Positions 1 through 9,105 of a stretch of DNA of 64,000 bases are shown here, one piece after another. Position 1 is the stretch's first letter, and the number at the start of each line of letters is the position of its first letter. This stretch comes from a virus. The notes beneath the pieces are model-generated. The model was not told the DNA's origin. It was given only the letters and a program-made list of their open reading frames with translations, and searched no databases. Location of the stretch: positions 1 through 64,000 of IMG/VR virus record IMGVR_UViG_3300009601_000004. One strand, given 5' to 3'. Both the position numbers and the translations under genes were made by a program.

Positions 1-325
1 CGCCGCCGCCGCCGCCGCCGCCGCCACTTGGCATCGGAGACTTGCCGCCGCCGTTGCTGCCCTTGTTTCCGCCATACAGGCCGTGCATAGGTGTGCGGCC
101 CTCGTACTTTGCGCCGACGTCGCCGTAGGCCGCACCTGGGCGGATGTTCGCCAGCGTCACGGGTCCGCTAGGGGCCCCCAACATTCCGGCATAGCCACTA
201 AGATTGCTGCCGACCATGCCGAAGCAGTTGCGGTAGCCGTGAGCCTGACGGGGCCCAACCTTGCCGATGGCCATGACGCCACCACGGGGCCGTGAGACGT
301 TGCCGAGGTTACCGTAGCGTGACAT
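1..325 (-). CDS. Gly-rich protein, runs off the left edge (MSRYGNLGNV...AAYGDVGA...PSGGGGGGGG)
   Basis: ATG at 325 overlaps the TAA of the upstream gene (TAATG). Frame is open to the window edge; (GGC)n at 1-25. Confidence 0.75.
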   Translation of the reverse strand, partial: MSRYGNLGNVSRPRGGVMAIGKVGPRQAHGYRNCFGMVGSNLSGYAGMLGAPSGPVTLANIRPGAAYGDVGAKYEGRTPMHGLYGGNKGSNGGGKSPMPSGGGGGGGG

Positions 326-1122
326 TATCGCCCTCCAAAGGCTACAAGGCCCAGCACCGCCGCCCCTGCAGCCAAACCAATCCACTTCCATGGCACGGGC
401 TTCGCGGGCACGGCCGCAGTAGAGCCGGCTTCGATGGTGGGTTCCGGCGGCAAGCCACTTTGGTTCTTACGCCCGAAGTGGGCACCGACGTCTCCCGGCT
501 TGCTCATGTCAGCCGGTGTGACTTCTTCTTGGATGACGGGGCCATACCGCATGTCCATGGTGACACCTGGCTGGTAGCCGGCGCCCAAGAACTTCGGACC
601 AGGTCCACCGCCCTGCTGGGGCGGGACGTGCATGGACGTGCCACCCGGCTTCCACGGCACGGAAGGCGTGAGCGCCGAAGGCCCCGAAGCGTGGTAGCGA
701 GGCAGGCCCTGCGGTAGTCCACGAGCCGTGGACGCTTGAGGACTGGTCAGAGTGCCCTTGTTGCTGATGGAGGCCTGCATGGGCTGTAGACCCCTGCCGA
801 AGACCTGTACACCTGGTGTGGGTGCCGACGCAATGACGCTAGGCGCCTTGTAGTACCCGCCGGGTACGATCTGCTTATTGTAGTCGGATGCGGGCTTTTG
901 CAAGTTGGACGTAGGAATCGCCACCGGGCGTATGAAAGCCGGTGTCTTTTCGGTCGTCAGCATCACGCGCTGCGGCACCTTTCTGGGGCTAGGTGGCGTG
1001 GCGAATGCCTGGTGTGGCTTCTTACTGGGTACGCTTTTGGAGACGGGCTGCATACCCGGTAGATTCTTCCAGCGGGACCAAGCTCCGGCGTCGCCGTACT
1101 TTCGCGCGTTGATCAAGGGCAT
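325..1122 (-). CDS. Pro/Gly-rich protein with C-terminal membrane anchor (putative virion membrane protein)
   Basis: GGAG RBS; C-terminal hydrophobic helix WKWIGLAAGAAVLGLVAFGGR. Confidence 0.75.
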   Translation of the reverse strand: MPLINARKYGDAGAWSRWKNLPGMQPVSKSVPSKKPHQAFATPPSPRKVPQRVMLTTEKTPAFIRPVAIPTSNLQKPASDYNKQIVPGGYYKAPSVIASAPTPGVQVFGRGLQPMQASISNKGTLTSPQASTARGLPQGLPRYHASGPSALTPSVPWKPGGTSMHVPPQQGGGPGPKFLGAGYQPGVTMDMRYGPVIQEEVTPADMSKPGDVGAHFGRKNQSGLPPEPTIEAGSTAAVPAKPVPWKWIGLAAGAAVLGLVAFGGR

Positions 1123-1185
1123 AGGCCGACTCCAGTTTCGCGGTAATTCGCGTGTGCCACCTCACACGTCTGCAAGGCTGCTCCT

Positions 1186-1194
1186 AGTCTAGCG
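1186..1194 (-). promoter_or_regulatory. CGCTAGACT motif, putative late-promoter -10 element
   Basis: Same motif lies upstream of the genes starting at 6578, 8065 and 51417. Confidence 0.5.
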
Positions 1195-1226
1195 GCACAG
1201 CGTCCCGCCTACTACACGCGAACGAC

Positions 1227-1268
1227 TTGCTAATCCAACCCGCCAGCGGTATCGTGCCGCTGGCGAAA
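1227..1268 (+). promoter_or_regulatory. sigma70-like promoter TTGCTA-N17-TATCGT with two operator copies
   Basis: -35 at 1227-1232, -10 at 1250-1255; ACCCGCCAGCGGTA at 1238-1251 and TGCCGCTGGCGAAA at 1255-1268. Confidence 0.65.
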
Positions 1269-1287
1269 CACTCTCACGGAGCGCACC

Positions 1288-1503
1288 ATGCGAAAGATAC
1301 ACGACGAATCCAACGGCGAGTATGATCTGACCTACTGGTCGGACGAGGACGTGGATGTCACACCACTACCGCTCGTTCAGCCCGCCGCGCTGTCTATCGA
1401 GGCATCTTGGGTAGACATCACCTGCGGCTTGCTCGCGGTCGTCGTGCTGCCCATCGTGGGCTGGCTCTGGCTTTGTGTCGCGCTTGGCTTGGCTTTGCAG
1501 TAG
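1288..1503 (+). CDS. Small membrane protein, overlapping the 3' end of the sigma gene convergently
   Basis: Own promoter and GGAG RBS; acidic N-terminus followed by a hydrophobic segment. Confidence 0.55.
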   Translation: MRKIHDESNGEYDLTYWSDEDVDVTPLPLVQPAALSIEASWVDITCGLLAVVVLPIVGWLWLCVALGLALQ

Positions 1504-2693
1504 CCCTGTAGGTGGCCACCTGGCGGCATAGGCACCGCATACCCGAGGCGGAATAATGCCTTGAGCGCGGATTCTACATGGTGGGCTTCGACGTCACCCG
1601 AGGCTAGGGCATCTACGGTCTTGTGTGCCCACGCGTGGATCTTGTCGCTGTGCTCCCCAGCCACGAACCATGACACGGCTTGCAGTGTGTCCATTCGGAA
1701 CGCCAAGCGCACTCGCAACATCCGCCGACTCTTGGTTAGGATGGCTTGAATCCAACTCGATGTGTAGGCCTGCCTGTCGATGATCTGTGCGTAGGCCAAA
1801 CGCTCCCCTTTGGGGTTGTGGACCGGGTGCTTAATCCCGTAGAACCAACAGACTACGGGTGCTGCCTTGCTGGGCAAGTGGTCTACTTCTATGCGAACAA
1901 TCGCCCACAATCTAGCACGGTCTAGGGATTCTTCGATGTGCTCTGCGTCCACTGGCTCTGCGTCTCGGTCCCACGGCTCACCCTGTGCTGCCCATCGCTC
2001 CTGCGTAGCCGTCGGGTAGCCCCCCAGTGGCTGCACTGTGCTGGTTCGTGTCGGTGGGTTCATTGCACGGCTGATGGACTGGAGCTGGTGTGTAGTGGTG
2101 CCCAAAGATGCCGCGGCCTCCGCCAAGGTTGCGCCTTGTCGGTAGACCGCGCGAGCAGCTCGATGTGCCAACCAGCGCTCCTGCCCTGGCACATGCACGA
2201 GGTTGTCGCGAGGCTCAGGGTCATTGATCGCCATCCGAATGTACCAGCCGGCCCACGAAGAGAAACGAGACGTTGTCGGATCCCAGCGCACTGCGGCCTC
2301 GTGCAGATTGATCATCACATGCTGGTGAATGTCTGCCTTCGGCGCGTCCGACCCTGTCCCCTGGTTGATCTTCACCCATGCCATGTCAGACCATGCGCTG
2401 ACCAGTTGCCACAATAGCTGGTCGGCTCGCTTGATCATCTCGCGGATAGCGTATTGGAACGCTCGCGACGTTCGGCCTTTTTCGAGCTTCACGAGGAGTG
2501 CCCGCAAGTCTTTCAGCCAGTCTTTACGGACCTTGCTCGGAGGTCGCGCCGGCCAGCGACGAAGGCGCCAACTTACCCGAGGCGCGCGGGACAGCAGCCA
2601 AGAAGCGGCGGCATACCAATCAAGTGCGTTTGCTGCCAGAGCAGCCTCGCGCTCTCTCTGGGTGCCACCGCTGCCGACTTGACGCCTCTCCAT
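1377..2693 (-). CDS. RNA polymerase sigma70-family factor
   Basis: Region 2-like INLHEAAVRWDPTTSRFSSWAGWYIRMAI, region 3 HTH ATLAEAAASLGTT, region 4-like LPSKAAPVVCWFYGI...IQAILTKSRRMLR. Confidence 0.8.
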   Translation of the reverse strand: MERRQVGSGGTQREREAALAANALDWYAAASWLLSRAPRVSWRLRRWPARPPSKVRKDWLKDLRALLVKLEKGRTSRAFQYAIREMIKRADQLLWQLVSAWSDMAWVKINQGTGSDAPKADIHQHVMINLHEAAVRWDPTTSRFSSWAGWYIRMAINDPEPRDNLVHVPGQERWLAHRAARAVYRQGATLAEAAASLGTTTHQLQSISRAMNPPTRTSTVQPLGGYPTATQERWAAQGEPWDRDAEPVDAEHIEESLDRARLWAIVRIEVDHLPSKAAPVVCWFYGIKHPVHNPKGERLAYAQIIDRQAYTSSWIQAILTKSRRMLRVRLAFRMDTLQAVSWFVAGEHSDKIHAWAHKTVDALASGDVEAHHVESALKALFRLGYAVPMPPGGHLQGYCKAKPSATQSQSQPTMGSTTTASKPQVMSTQDASIDSAAG

Positions 2694-2695
2694 CG

Positions 2696-3286
2696 CTACT
2701 CGCTCCCGGTATCGACGCTGGGAGCGAACTGCTCGCCGGCTTTCGCGAAGCTCACAACAAAGCGGCGAGCCTGTTCCGGTGCGCCGTCGCTGCCGTAGTG
2801 GTCGCGGAATTGCTGGGCAAGGTTGCGCGTCGTTGCCCCTTCTGCGTCATCCCGCAGCATCGAGTAGGCCCACACAGCCGGTGCCAAGTCAGACAGCGCA
2901 CGGGCCACCTGGTAGTCATACACGAACTCACACGCCGCTATAGTAACCCAACCCACGAGCACCGGGATGTGTCGTGGTAGCCGCGATACCTTGCTCCGCT
3001 CCTTGGGCCCCGCGGCCTTGAGCAGATGTTCCCACAGTTCCTCTGTGGTGCCCGTCGCGGCAAAGGTCTTCACGGCCTCAAAGTCCTGGCAGAGTCGATC
3101 AATAAGCGCTGTCCAAGCCTGCGGCGGTCCTTCCCGCTCTGGTGCCATCAGGCTAGACAGGGGGCTCTGTCCGTCGGCCATCAGGTCAAAGACCCGACTG
3201 TTCACTGCGCGGCAAAGCTCGATTACACCTGTGATCTCCATGAACTCGACATTGCGGCGTTGTGCCGCATAGCTCAGGGCCCCCAT
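2696..3286 (-). CDS. Hypothetical protein
   Basis: Coupled to neighbours in the minus-strand operon. Confidence 0.7.
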   Translation of the reverse strand: MGALSYAAQRRNVEFMEITGVIELCRAVNSRVFDLMADGQSPLSSLMAPEREGPPQAWTALIDRLCQDFEAVKTFAATGTTEELWEHLLKAAGPKERSKVSRLPRHIPVLVGWVTIAACEFVYDYQVARALSDLAPAVWAYSMLRDDAEGATTRNLAQQFRDHYGSDGAPEQARRFVVSFAKAGEQFAPSVDTGSE

Positions 3287-3765
3287 CAGGCTTCTGCCGA
3301 CTGTACACTGCGTAACTCTGCGTCATTGCGCATGGCCGTGACCAAACGCTGTGCGAACAGGGGCAGCGCATCGAACTGCTCTGCCGTCAGGGTGTCTAGG
3401 TCGACGTCGGCCATGTCATGCTCCCGCGACCAGCCGCCCCACTCCTCACGCGAGTCTGCCGTGTAACTGCGGCTGACCATGAAGCTAAGCATCTCTGTGT
3501 GAGCGCTCACCATTTCGCGGCGGTGTGACTCCGACAGGTCGAGCTGGCGTGCAAGCAACGCCATCGCCTCCTGTTTGTGATCTAGTGCATCCTGCAATGC
3601 GTTTTCAGCGTTCGTGTGAATGGCGCGCATCTTGCGAGTGATGCCTGACACCGACCGTGCCTCGTGTTCGCGCAGATCCTGCGCCACAGTCGCGCGCCAA
3701 TCGGCGTAGACGTCTTTGAGTACGGTGGACAGGCCCTTAGCGGCCTTGCGGGTGAACATAAACAT
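3286..3765 (-). CDS. Hypothetical helical protein
   Basis: Start re-called at ATG 3765 (GGAGG upstream) to avoid overlap with 3815-4231. Confidence 0.65.
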   Translation of the reverse strand: MFMFTRKAAKGLSTVLKDVYADWRATVAQDLREHEARSVSGITRKMRAIHTNAENALQDALDHKQEAMALLARQLDLSESHRREMVSAHTEMLSFMVSRSYTADSREEWGGWSREHDMADVDLDTLTAEQFDALPLFAQRLVTAMRNDAELRSVQSAEA

Positions 3766-3814
3766 GATGGGTCTTCCCTCCCAGCCTTGGCGGAATGCCA
3801 CAACCGAGCGCAGT

Positions 3815-4231
3815 CTAACCGATTGCGCCGACAAACTCGGCAACCGCTGCGTAAAGCCATGCGTGAGCGACCGCATCTTGTGCCCATTCGTGGAGCGCTG
3901 GGTCGTCTGGTTTCCACTTTTTGAGCTTCGGGTGGTCGGCCAGCTCGTAGGCGTTTTGGTAGGCCTTGATGACGTGCGGTGGCACTTTGGCGGCACGCGA
4001 AACGCTTGATTGGCGCTGGGTCTCACCGAGTTGGTGCTCGTACTCGCGGGTCAGACAACCTAGCAGCTGCTCCAGGGTCTTGAGCAGTCTAGGGTCTTGC
4101 AAACGCGCGGCCAGGATGCCGGCCTCCGCCATGTGCATGTAATTCTGTGGTTCCTTCGCGATCTCTATGGACCGTGCAAACAGCTGTTCTGCTTTCAGGA
4201 AATTGATACGTTCGACTTCGATGAGTGGCAC
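3815..4231 (-). CDS. Hypothetical protein
   Basis: AGGAG RBS before the GTG start. Confidence 0.7.
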   Translation of the reverse strand: MPLIEVERINFLKAEQLFARSIEIAKEPQNYMHMAEAGILAARLQDPRLLKTLEQLLGCLTREYEHQLGETQRQSSVSRAAKVPPHVIKAYQNAYELADHPKLKKWKPDDPALHEWAQDAVAHAWLYAAVAEFVGAIG

Positions 4232-4293
4232 TAGTGTCTCCTACCTTGCCGGCTGTATACCACGTCGCCCGCTTCACACGGCGCTCACTCACA

Positions 4294-5451
4294 TCAAGCC
4301 AGCCGCCACACGAGAGCCCCACGGTTGCCGATGACAACACCACCAAGCGTGGATTCAAACGACGTTAGGATGGTATCCCCTTCGTTCACGGAGGCGACGC
4401 ACATCAGGATGACACTCGAACCGTGTGTGGTTAAATTCCCCTCGAAGTGCCGAGTGCAGTCGGGTTGCGTGACACCTGCGACCTTCACGTCAAAGTGTAC
4501 GTCCATTGCGACGGAAGTCGTGGTGTAGATGGTGCCCACTTGCTTGCCCAATGTGATTGTGCCACCGCTGCCGCTGCCGACACTGCCGGCACCTCCGGCC
4601 TGGGTGGAGTCTGCGATTGTCCCCACGCCTGTGTAGTACGCAAATTCAGCCAGCAGGTTGAGGTCAATGGCGAGATCAGTGCTGGGTGTGCCCGACGGCA
4701 GGACTTGTGTGGATCCAGTCAGCGACAGAGCCCCACTGGTCGACAGCAACCGGCCCTCTAAGTCAAGGCCCCCACCGGGAGCCATGCCGCCCGCGATACA
4801 GATAATGTTCCCTTTGAGGTCTGCCCCACCACCTGCAGACGCCGCGCCGGCAAGCAGCCAATAGATGTTGCAGGCTTGCGCCCCGTTCGCGAGTGCATGG
4901 GTGTTGCCCGCATTGAAGGTCATGGTGCCGCTCACCCTGACCACAAAGATGGCGTCAGCGTCCCCTGCGGCGTCGAACGTCGTCGTCCCTGACGCGGTGC
5001 TGGCACCGGTCAGGTCGAAGACACCCGGTACAATCACCTGCCCGTTCGAGATGGTAGACGAAAGTCCGCCGCTCGACGTGAGCGCCTGGATCTGTGTCAC
5101 CATTGCATTCAGGTCGAGCAGGGCTTGAGCCACAATGTTTGTCGGCGTCGTGGCAAACTCGATTGTCGACTCCATGCGATAGATCCCTGTTGACGGTGCG
5201 GTCAGGGTCGTGTTGTTGACCGTAGCCGTCGCACGCAGCGCTAGGGTCTGCGGCGTACTGGACGAATCGTTGACATAGACCGAAGGGGCAAAAGCCCCCG
5301 CTGCCTCGATTACACCGTAGGACGCCGCGGCGCTGTCTAGTGATACGTACAAGACGCCACCCGACACCCCGATGGTGCCCTTGAGCCGTGCCTCGGTCAA
5401 ATTGGAAAAGCGGGGATGCACCCCGTCATCGAGGTAGGTGGGCTGTGACAT
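4294..5451 (-). CDS. Ice-binding (DUF3494) domain protein, apparently permuted and set in a C1q/TNF-like beta-sandwich
   Basis: PGVF..., TFDAAGDADAIFVVRVSG, LANGAQACNIYW, LKGNII and LEGRLLS match the DUF3494 solenoid pattern. Confidence 0.8.
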   Translation of the reverse strand: MSQPTYLDDGVHPRFSNLTEARLKGTIGVSGGVLYVSLDSAAASYGVIEAAGAFAPSVYVNDSSSTPQTLALRATATVNNTTLTAPSTGIYRMESTIEFATTPTNIVAQALLDLNAMVTQIQALTSSGGLSSTISNGQVIVPGVFDLTGASTASGTTTFDAAGDADAIFVVRVSGTMTFNAGNTHALANGAQACNIYWLLAGAASAGGGADLKGNIICIAGGMAPGGGLDLEGRLLSTSGALSLTGSTQVLPSGTPSTDLAIDLNLLAEFAYYTGVGTIADSTQAGGAGSVGSGSGGTITLGKQVGTIYTTTSVAMDVHFDVKVAGVTQPDCTRHFEGNLTTHGSSVILMCVASVNEGDTILTSFESTLGGVVIGNRGALVWRLA

Positions 5452-5462
5452 ATTTGCGATCC

Positions 5463-6578
5463 TTACCGTTTACGGCGTTTGCTTCTGCGTTCTAGCCAGG
5501 CTTCTGCTGCGCTAATGGCCACGAAGGTTGCGATGCCACCTACTGCGGCTTCAACGGCAATGATGGAAAGCTGACGCCAGTAGGGCTTAGGGTTGTCTAA
5601 GGGCCCGTCCCCGATGTCATCGAGACCACGGCCACTACCACGGAAGCCAGGCACGGGGATGCCGGCCATGGGTGCGCTTCCGACGTTGAGAGGCGCCACG
5701 TTCAGGGCGGTGCGAGCGGGTGACAGTCTACCGGGTCGTTTCAAGCCAAAGCCCCCTAGCCCTGCCGATGCAAGGCCACCATAGTATTCAGATGCCGGTT
5801 CGGCGCTCTGGCCGGTGTCACCCCCGTTCGGTGGCAATCCCTTGTACCAAGACAGTGCTCCCGGTTTGGTCACCGAAGCGGGCAGGGCCATGTCGCCATG
5901 CGTCCCCATCTTCACGCCATGCCGCACGATGCTGTAGCCCAGCGGCGACCCCTTGAGCGTCGGCTCTGTCTCTGCCCAGTGCTGGTCTTTGACGGCCGCA
6001 CCAAAGGGCCAACCAATCGCAGCCGTGATGTGAAACCAATCGACGTCCTTACCACTAGTCCAGCCCCTCGGCATCGGGGTACCTTCGAGCCATCGTACCA
6101 TCTGGCCCGTCTTGCGAACACGGCCGATGAGCATGTAGCGGTTGGGCAGACCGATGGAGCACGCGAGGCTGTTCAGCAGCAGCGCCATGTCGTCACAGTC
6201 TCCCAAGCCCCATTCCAACGTCCGCCAAGGTGACGCGATGCGCTCTCCCGGCTCGTTGACGTAGAAGACCTCGTCTTGCACAAAGGCAAGCAGCGCAGCC
6301 GCCATCTTGGGGTACTCGCGCTGTTGCGTACCTCTTGCTTCAATGACCCGTACAGCGAGTTGGGCCATTCGAGGGTCACGGCCGTACTCTTCGGCTTTCG
6401 CTCGCAGGAACGCGATGCGCTTCGGGTGGGACATTCGAGCCCAGTTGTGAAGCACCGAGACCTGACCCGTCTTACCCGGCCCACGCTCTGCCAGAACGCC
6501 GTCAGAAACGGCTAGGGCCCCCGCACGTCCCATAGGGGTGCGGGGCTTCGGGCGTGTGGTCGTGGGGTGTCTAGGCAT
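5463..6578 (-). CDS. Transglutaminase-like (papain-fold) enzyme with C-terminal membrane anchor
   Basis: SPWRTLEWGLGDCDDMALL (Cys), WFHITA (His), WAETEPT (acid); C-terminal hydrophobic helix followed by a basic tail. Confidence 0.8.
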   Translation of the reverse strand: MPRHPTTTRPKPRTPMGRAGALAVSDGVLAERGPGKTGQVSVLHNWARMSHPKRIAFLRAKAEEYGRDPRMAQLAVRVIEARGTQQREYPKMAAALLAFVQDEVFYVNEPGERIASPWRTLEWGLGDCDDMALLLNSLACSIGLPNRYMLIGRVRKTGQMVRWLEGTPMPRGWTSGKDVDWFHITAAIGWPFGAAVKDQHWAETEPTLKGSPLGYSIVRHGVKMGTHGDMALPASVTKPGALSWYKGLPPNGGDTGQSAEPASEYYGGLASAGLGGFGLKRPGRLSPARTALNVAPLNVGSAPMAGIPVPGFRGSGRGLDDIGDGPLDNPKPYWRQLSIIAVEAAVGGIATFVAISAAEAWLERRSKRRKR

Positions 6579-6584
6579 GACCAC

Positions 6585-6593
6585 AGTCTAGCG
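6585..6593 (-). promoter_or_regulatory. CGCTAGACT motif, 7 nt before ATG 6578 (possible leaderless mRNA)
   Basis: Motif shared with three other sites; no RBS in front of the gene. Confidence 0.5.
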
Positions 6594-6632
6594 GGCCGCT
6601 ACCGGAACTAGCACACGACGGCACGGGTCCAG

Positions 6633-7175
6633 CTAGTGTGTGGTACTTGCAATTGGCTCTACCGTCCACCCACGGATGTTGACCCACACAGAGTCACTCA
6701 TGGCCACATTGAGGCTTAGTATTGAATCAACGGTAGTATCAACTAGTGGGGGTGAGCCCACGTCAGTCGATGGCGTACTGTCGATCACAGCACTTAAATA
6801 GGACATGGCCATACCAGCAACAGGCCCTTCGGACTGGATGGTAAATGTGCCTGTGAGGTGCCACGGGCTCTGGTACGTGCCTTTGCTCACCATCATGACC
6901 TCTGCCATGATGGTGCTGCCGAGCGCGACGTCGAAAGTCACATCCGACACATCCCCAGCGGCAACTGTGCCCCACGCGGTGACGCGGTAGCTCTTGCCTG
7001 CGACCAATTGGCAAGCCGCCAAAGTGGGACCTGGGAAGATGGTACGCGCGGTATCATCAGTGCTTAACGGGGCAATGGCGCTGTAGCTGGCCTCCGGCGC
7101 ACAACAGGCCTGCGCGCTGTTCAGCAGAGGTAGGCAGAAAAGGACCGCGAGTAACAGTAATAGAAAGCGTGGCAC
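6633..7175 (-). CDS. Secreted beta-sandwich protein, paralog of the C-terminal domain of 7235-8065
   Basis: Signal peptide MPRFLLLLLAVLFCLPLLNSAQA; AGGAG RBS; alignable motifs with the neighbouring gene. Confidence 0.7.
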   Translation of the reverse strand: MPRFLLLLLAVLFCLPLLNSAQACCAPEASYSAIAPLSTDDTARTIFPGPTLAACQLVAGKSYRVTAWGTVAAGDVSDVTFDVALGSTIMAEVMMVSKGTYQSPWHLTGTFTIQSEGPVAGMAMSYLSAVIDSTPSTDVGSPPLVDTTVDSILSLNVAMSDSVWVNIRGWTVEPIASTTH

Positions 7176-7234
7176 GCTATTGACTCCTGGGAAGTGATGG
7201 CGACGGTTAGCCTCTAGAGCCTAACCCTTCTAAG

Positions 7235-8065
7235 CTACGGCGCGTTGATCTTGCGGATAGTCAAGGTCGACAGCCCCGCGGTGATACCTGCACCAGCCGT
7301 GTCCATGGTGACTGCGACGCCCAAGACATTGGTGGCGGTCGTGTCGATACCTGTGGTCACGACGGAGCGCCCACCTAGGGTGTTTGCGATTGGACCGCCC
7401 GTGAGCCCTGCGGCCAACTGAGCTGTGCCAGCGGCGCCGATCGCGCGCACCGTGACCTCTGCCACAACAGACCAGCCGTTATTTGAAACCACCGCATCTG
7501 CCGTGGCGGCAAGTGCCGTACCCCCAAAAGACACGTCAAAGCTGAATGCTGCGGTGACTGCCGCGGTCGTGCCACTTCCGATGAACTGCAACACATCGCC
7601 GACTGCCAAGCTGTTAACGGGCAGCGTGTAAGTCTGGTCAAACACCGTGCGGGTTGTGGTGTTGGCTACCACAGTTGACGAAACGACTGCTGTGAAGAGT
7701 GGCGTAACGGCGCCACCACCGGCTTGCCACGTCGGTTCCGTGCCTGCACCATTGGCAGTCAGCAGCTGGCCAGCCGTGCCGGCACCAATGCGCACAAGCC
7801 CGGTCGCGTTCCGAGACAGCAGGTCGCCCTGTGTCGTCAGGGCGGCGCCCGCCTCGTTGACTGGGGTCCAAGTAGCGCCGGCAGCTGCGGCGCTGGTGTT
7901 TTCGTAGAGTGTGCCAGCCGTCGTATTGAGGCAGAGCGAACCACGCAGAGCACTGAAAGACGGGACGCCCGCGTTTGCGTAGATGTCAATGTCGCCGGCG
8001 GACCCAGGACTGGCACCGCCACCGGAGCCTCGGAGGCGTACGGGGCTTGAAAAGATAGAGGGCAT
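7235..8065 (-). CDS. Fibre/spike-like protein
   Basis: Fibre-type motif TTQGDLLSRNATGLVRIGAGTAGQLLTANGAGTEPTW; Gly/Ala/Thr-rich beta composition. Confidence 0.7.
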   Translation of the reverse strand: MPSIFSSPVRLRGSGGGASPGSAGDIDIYANAGVPSFSALRGSLCLNTTAGTLYENTSAAAAGATWTPVNEAGAALTTQGDLLSRNATGLVRIGAGTAGQLLTANGAGTEPTWQAGGGAVTPLFTAVVSSTVVANTTTRTVFDQTYTLPVNSLAVGDVLQFIGSGTTAAVTAAFSFDVSFGGTALAATADAVVSNNGWSVVAEVTVRAIGAAGTAQLAAGLTGGPIANTLGGRSVVTTGIDTTATNVLGVAVTMDTAGAGITAGLSTLTIRKINAP

Positions 8066-8098
8066 AACGGGTACTCCGACTGTGGGTAGGACAGCTGT

Positions 8099-8107
8099 AG
8101 TTTAGCG
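8099..8107 (-). promoter_or_regulatory. CGCTAAACT motif, putative late promoter
   Basis: One-base variant of CGCTAGACT in the intergenic gap. Confidence 0.45.
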
Positions 8108-8131
8108 CCTCGACCTGCTGAATGGCACAGC

Positions 8132-8560
8132 CTAGCCGCGAGACTCGCGGACTAGCTTGGCATAAGCGCGGTCAACTGCACGCTCTGCCAGATGGCGCAT
8201 GGGGTGATAGATGAACCAGTCCGTCCCCAACTCTGCAATCTTGCCCCAGAGTGTTTCTGGGAAGGTCAGCGCCTTGTCAATCGCGAGCAGCACATGGTGG
8301 ATAGCCGCGTCGCGCTTCTCCTCACCGGGTATGGCACGCAGAGCTGCACTGATCACGGCCTCCTTCGCGGTCCCGAGCGCGATCTCGATCTGGGCAGTAC
8401 GCACGTCGTTCAGCGTGCGGCGCTGCCCACGTATCTGCTCGTTCCATGCGTCTTTGGCTTCACGGAACGTCACACCGTCTTGGTGTCCATGCTCCTTGTA
8501 GTCCTTGCGCTTAGGCTTAGGGTTGTCGTCAATCCACTCTTTGATGGTGTCGCGTCTCAT
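8132..8560 (-). CDS. Hypothetical protein
   Basis: ATGA overlap with the upstream gene; GGAG RBS. Confidence 0.7.
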   Translation of the reverse strand: MRRDTIKEWIDDNPKPKRKDYKEHGHQDGVTFREAKDAWNEQIRGQRRTLNDVRTAQIEIALGTAKEAVISAALRAIPGEEKRDAAIHHVLLAIDKALTFPETLWGKIAELGTDWFIYHPMRHLAERAVDRAYAKLVRESRG

Positions 8561-9105
8561 GTGTCGTCTCCGTAAATGAACGCGGAAGGCGTACCCTTCC
8601 ACTGCTCTGCGCGCCTTCTGGCACGTCGTGAGTCTCGCACAGGGGCCGGGATTGGCCCCCCTGCACCGGGTAGCATTGGACGAACCGGACTAGGCCCGCC
8701 TCGCGTTTTGGGTTTCCCCTTCGCCTTCTGCGGTTGAGCGACGGCCATGTCTGGCGCCGGCAAGTCTCGACCTTGCCCAGCTGGGGGCAGGTCGTGCATG
8801 ATGCCGCCGACCTGGTGCTGCTGTGGCGTGCCGGTCAGCCACGACGTCCAAGCCTGCCCCATAGTCGGTGGGGTGTCTGGCCCCACCTTCGTCGGCACAG
8901 CTTTGGGGATGGCGTGCTCCGCCATGTGTTGCCGTCGCGTCCAGTCCGTACCTAAGAGGTAGTGCAGCATTGCGTGCCGGCGCGCGTGCTTACCACATTT
9001 CTCACAGAATGGGTGACCCGGCATCGACTGCGCTAGGCACGCCTCTAGGGCAGGGCCCGAGCTGCGCACTTTTGGGATCCAGTTGATTCCGAAGCACCGC
9101 GCCAT
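8557..9105 (-). CDS. Hypothetical protein, Cys/His-rich N-terminus (possible Zn finger)
   Basis: C...C...HPFCEKC; position in operon. Confidence 0.65.
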   Translation of the reverse strand: MARCFGINWIPKVRSSGPALEACLAQSMPGHPFCEKCGKHARRHAMLHYLLGTDWTRRQHMAEHAIPKAVPTKVGPDTPPTMGQAWTSWLTGTPQQHQVGGIMHDLPPAGQGRDLPAPDMAVAQPQKAKGKPKTRGGPSPVRPMLPGAGGPIPAPVRDSRRARRRAEQWKGTPSAFIYGDDT

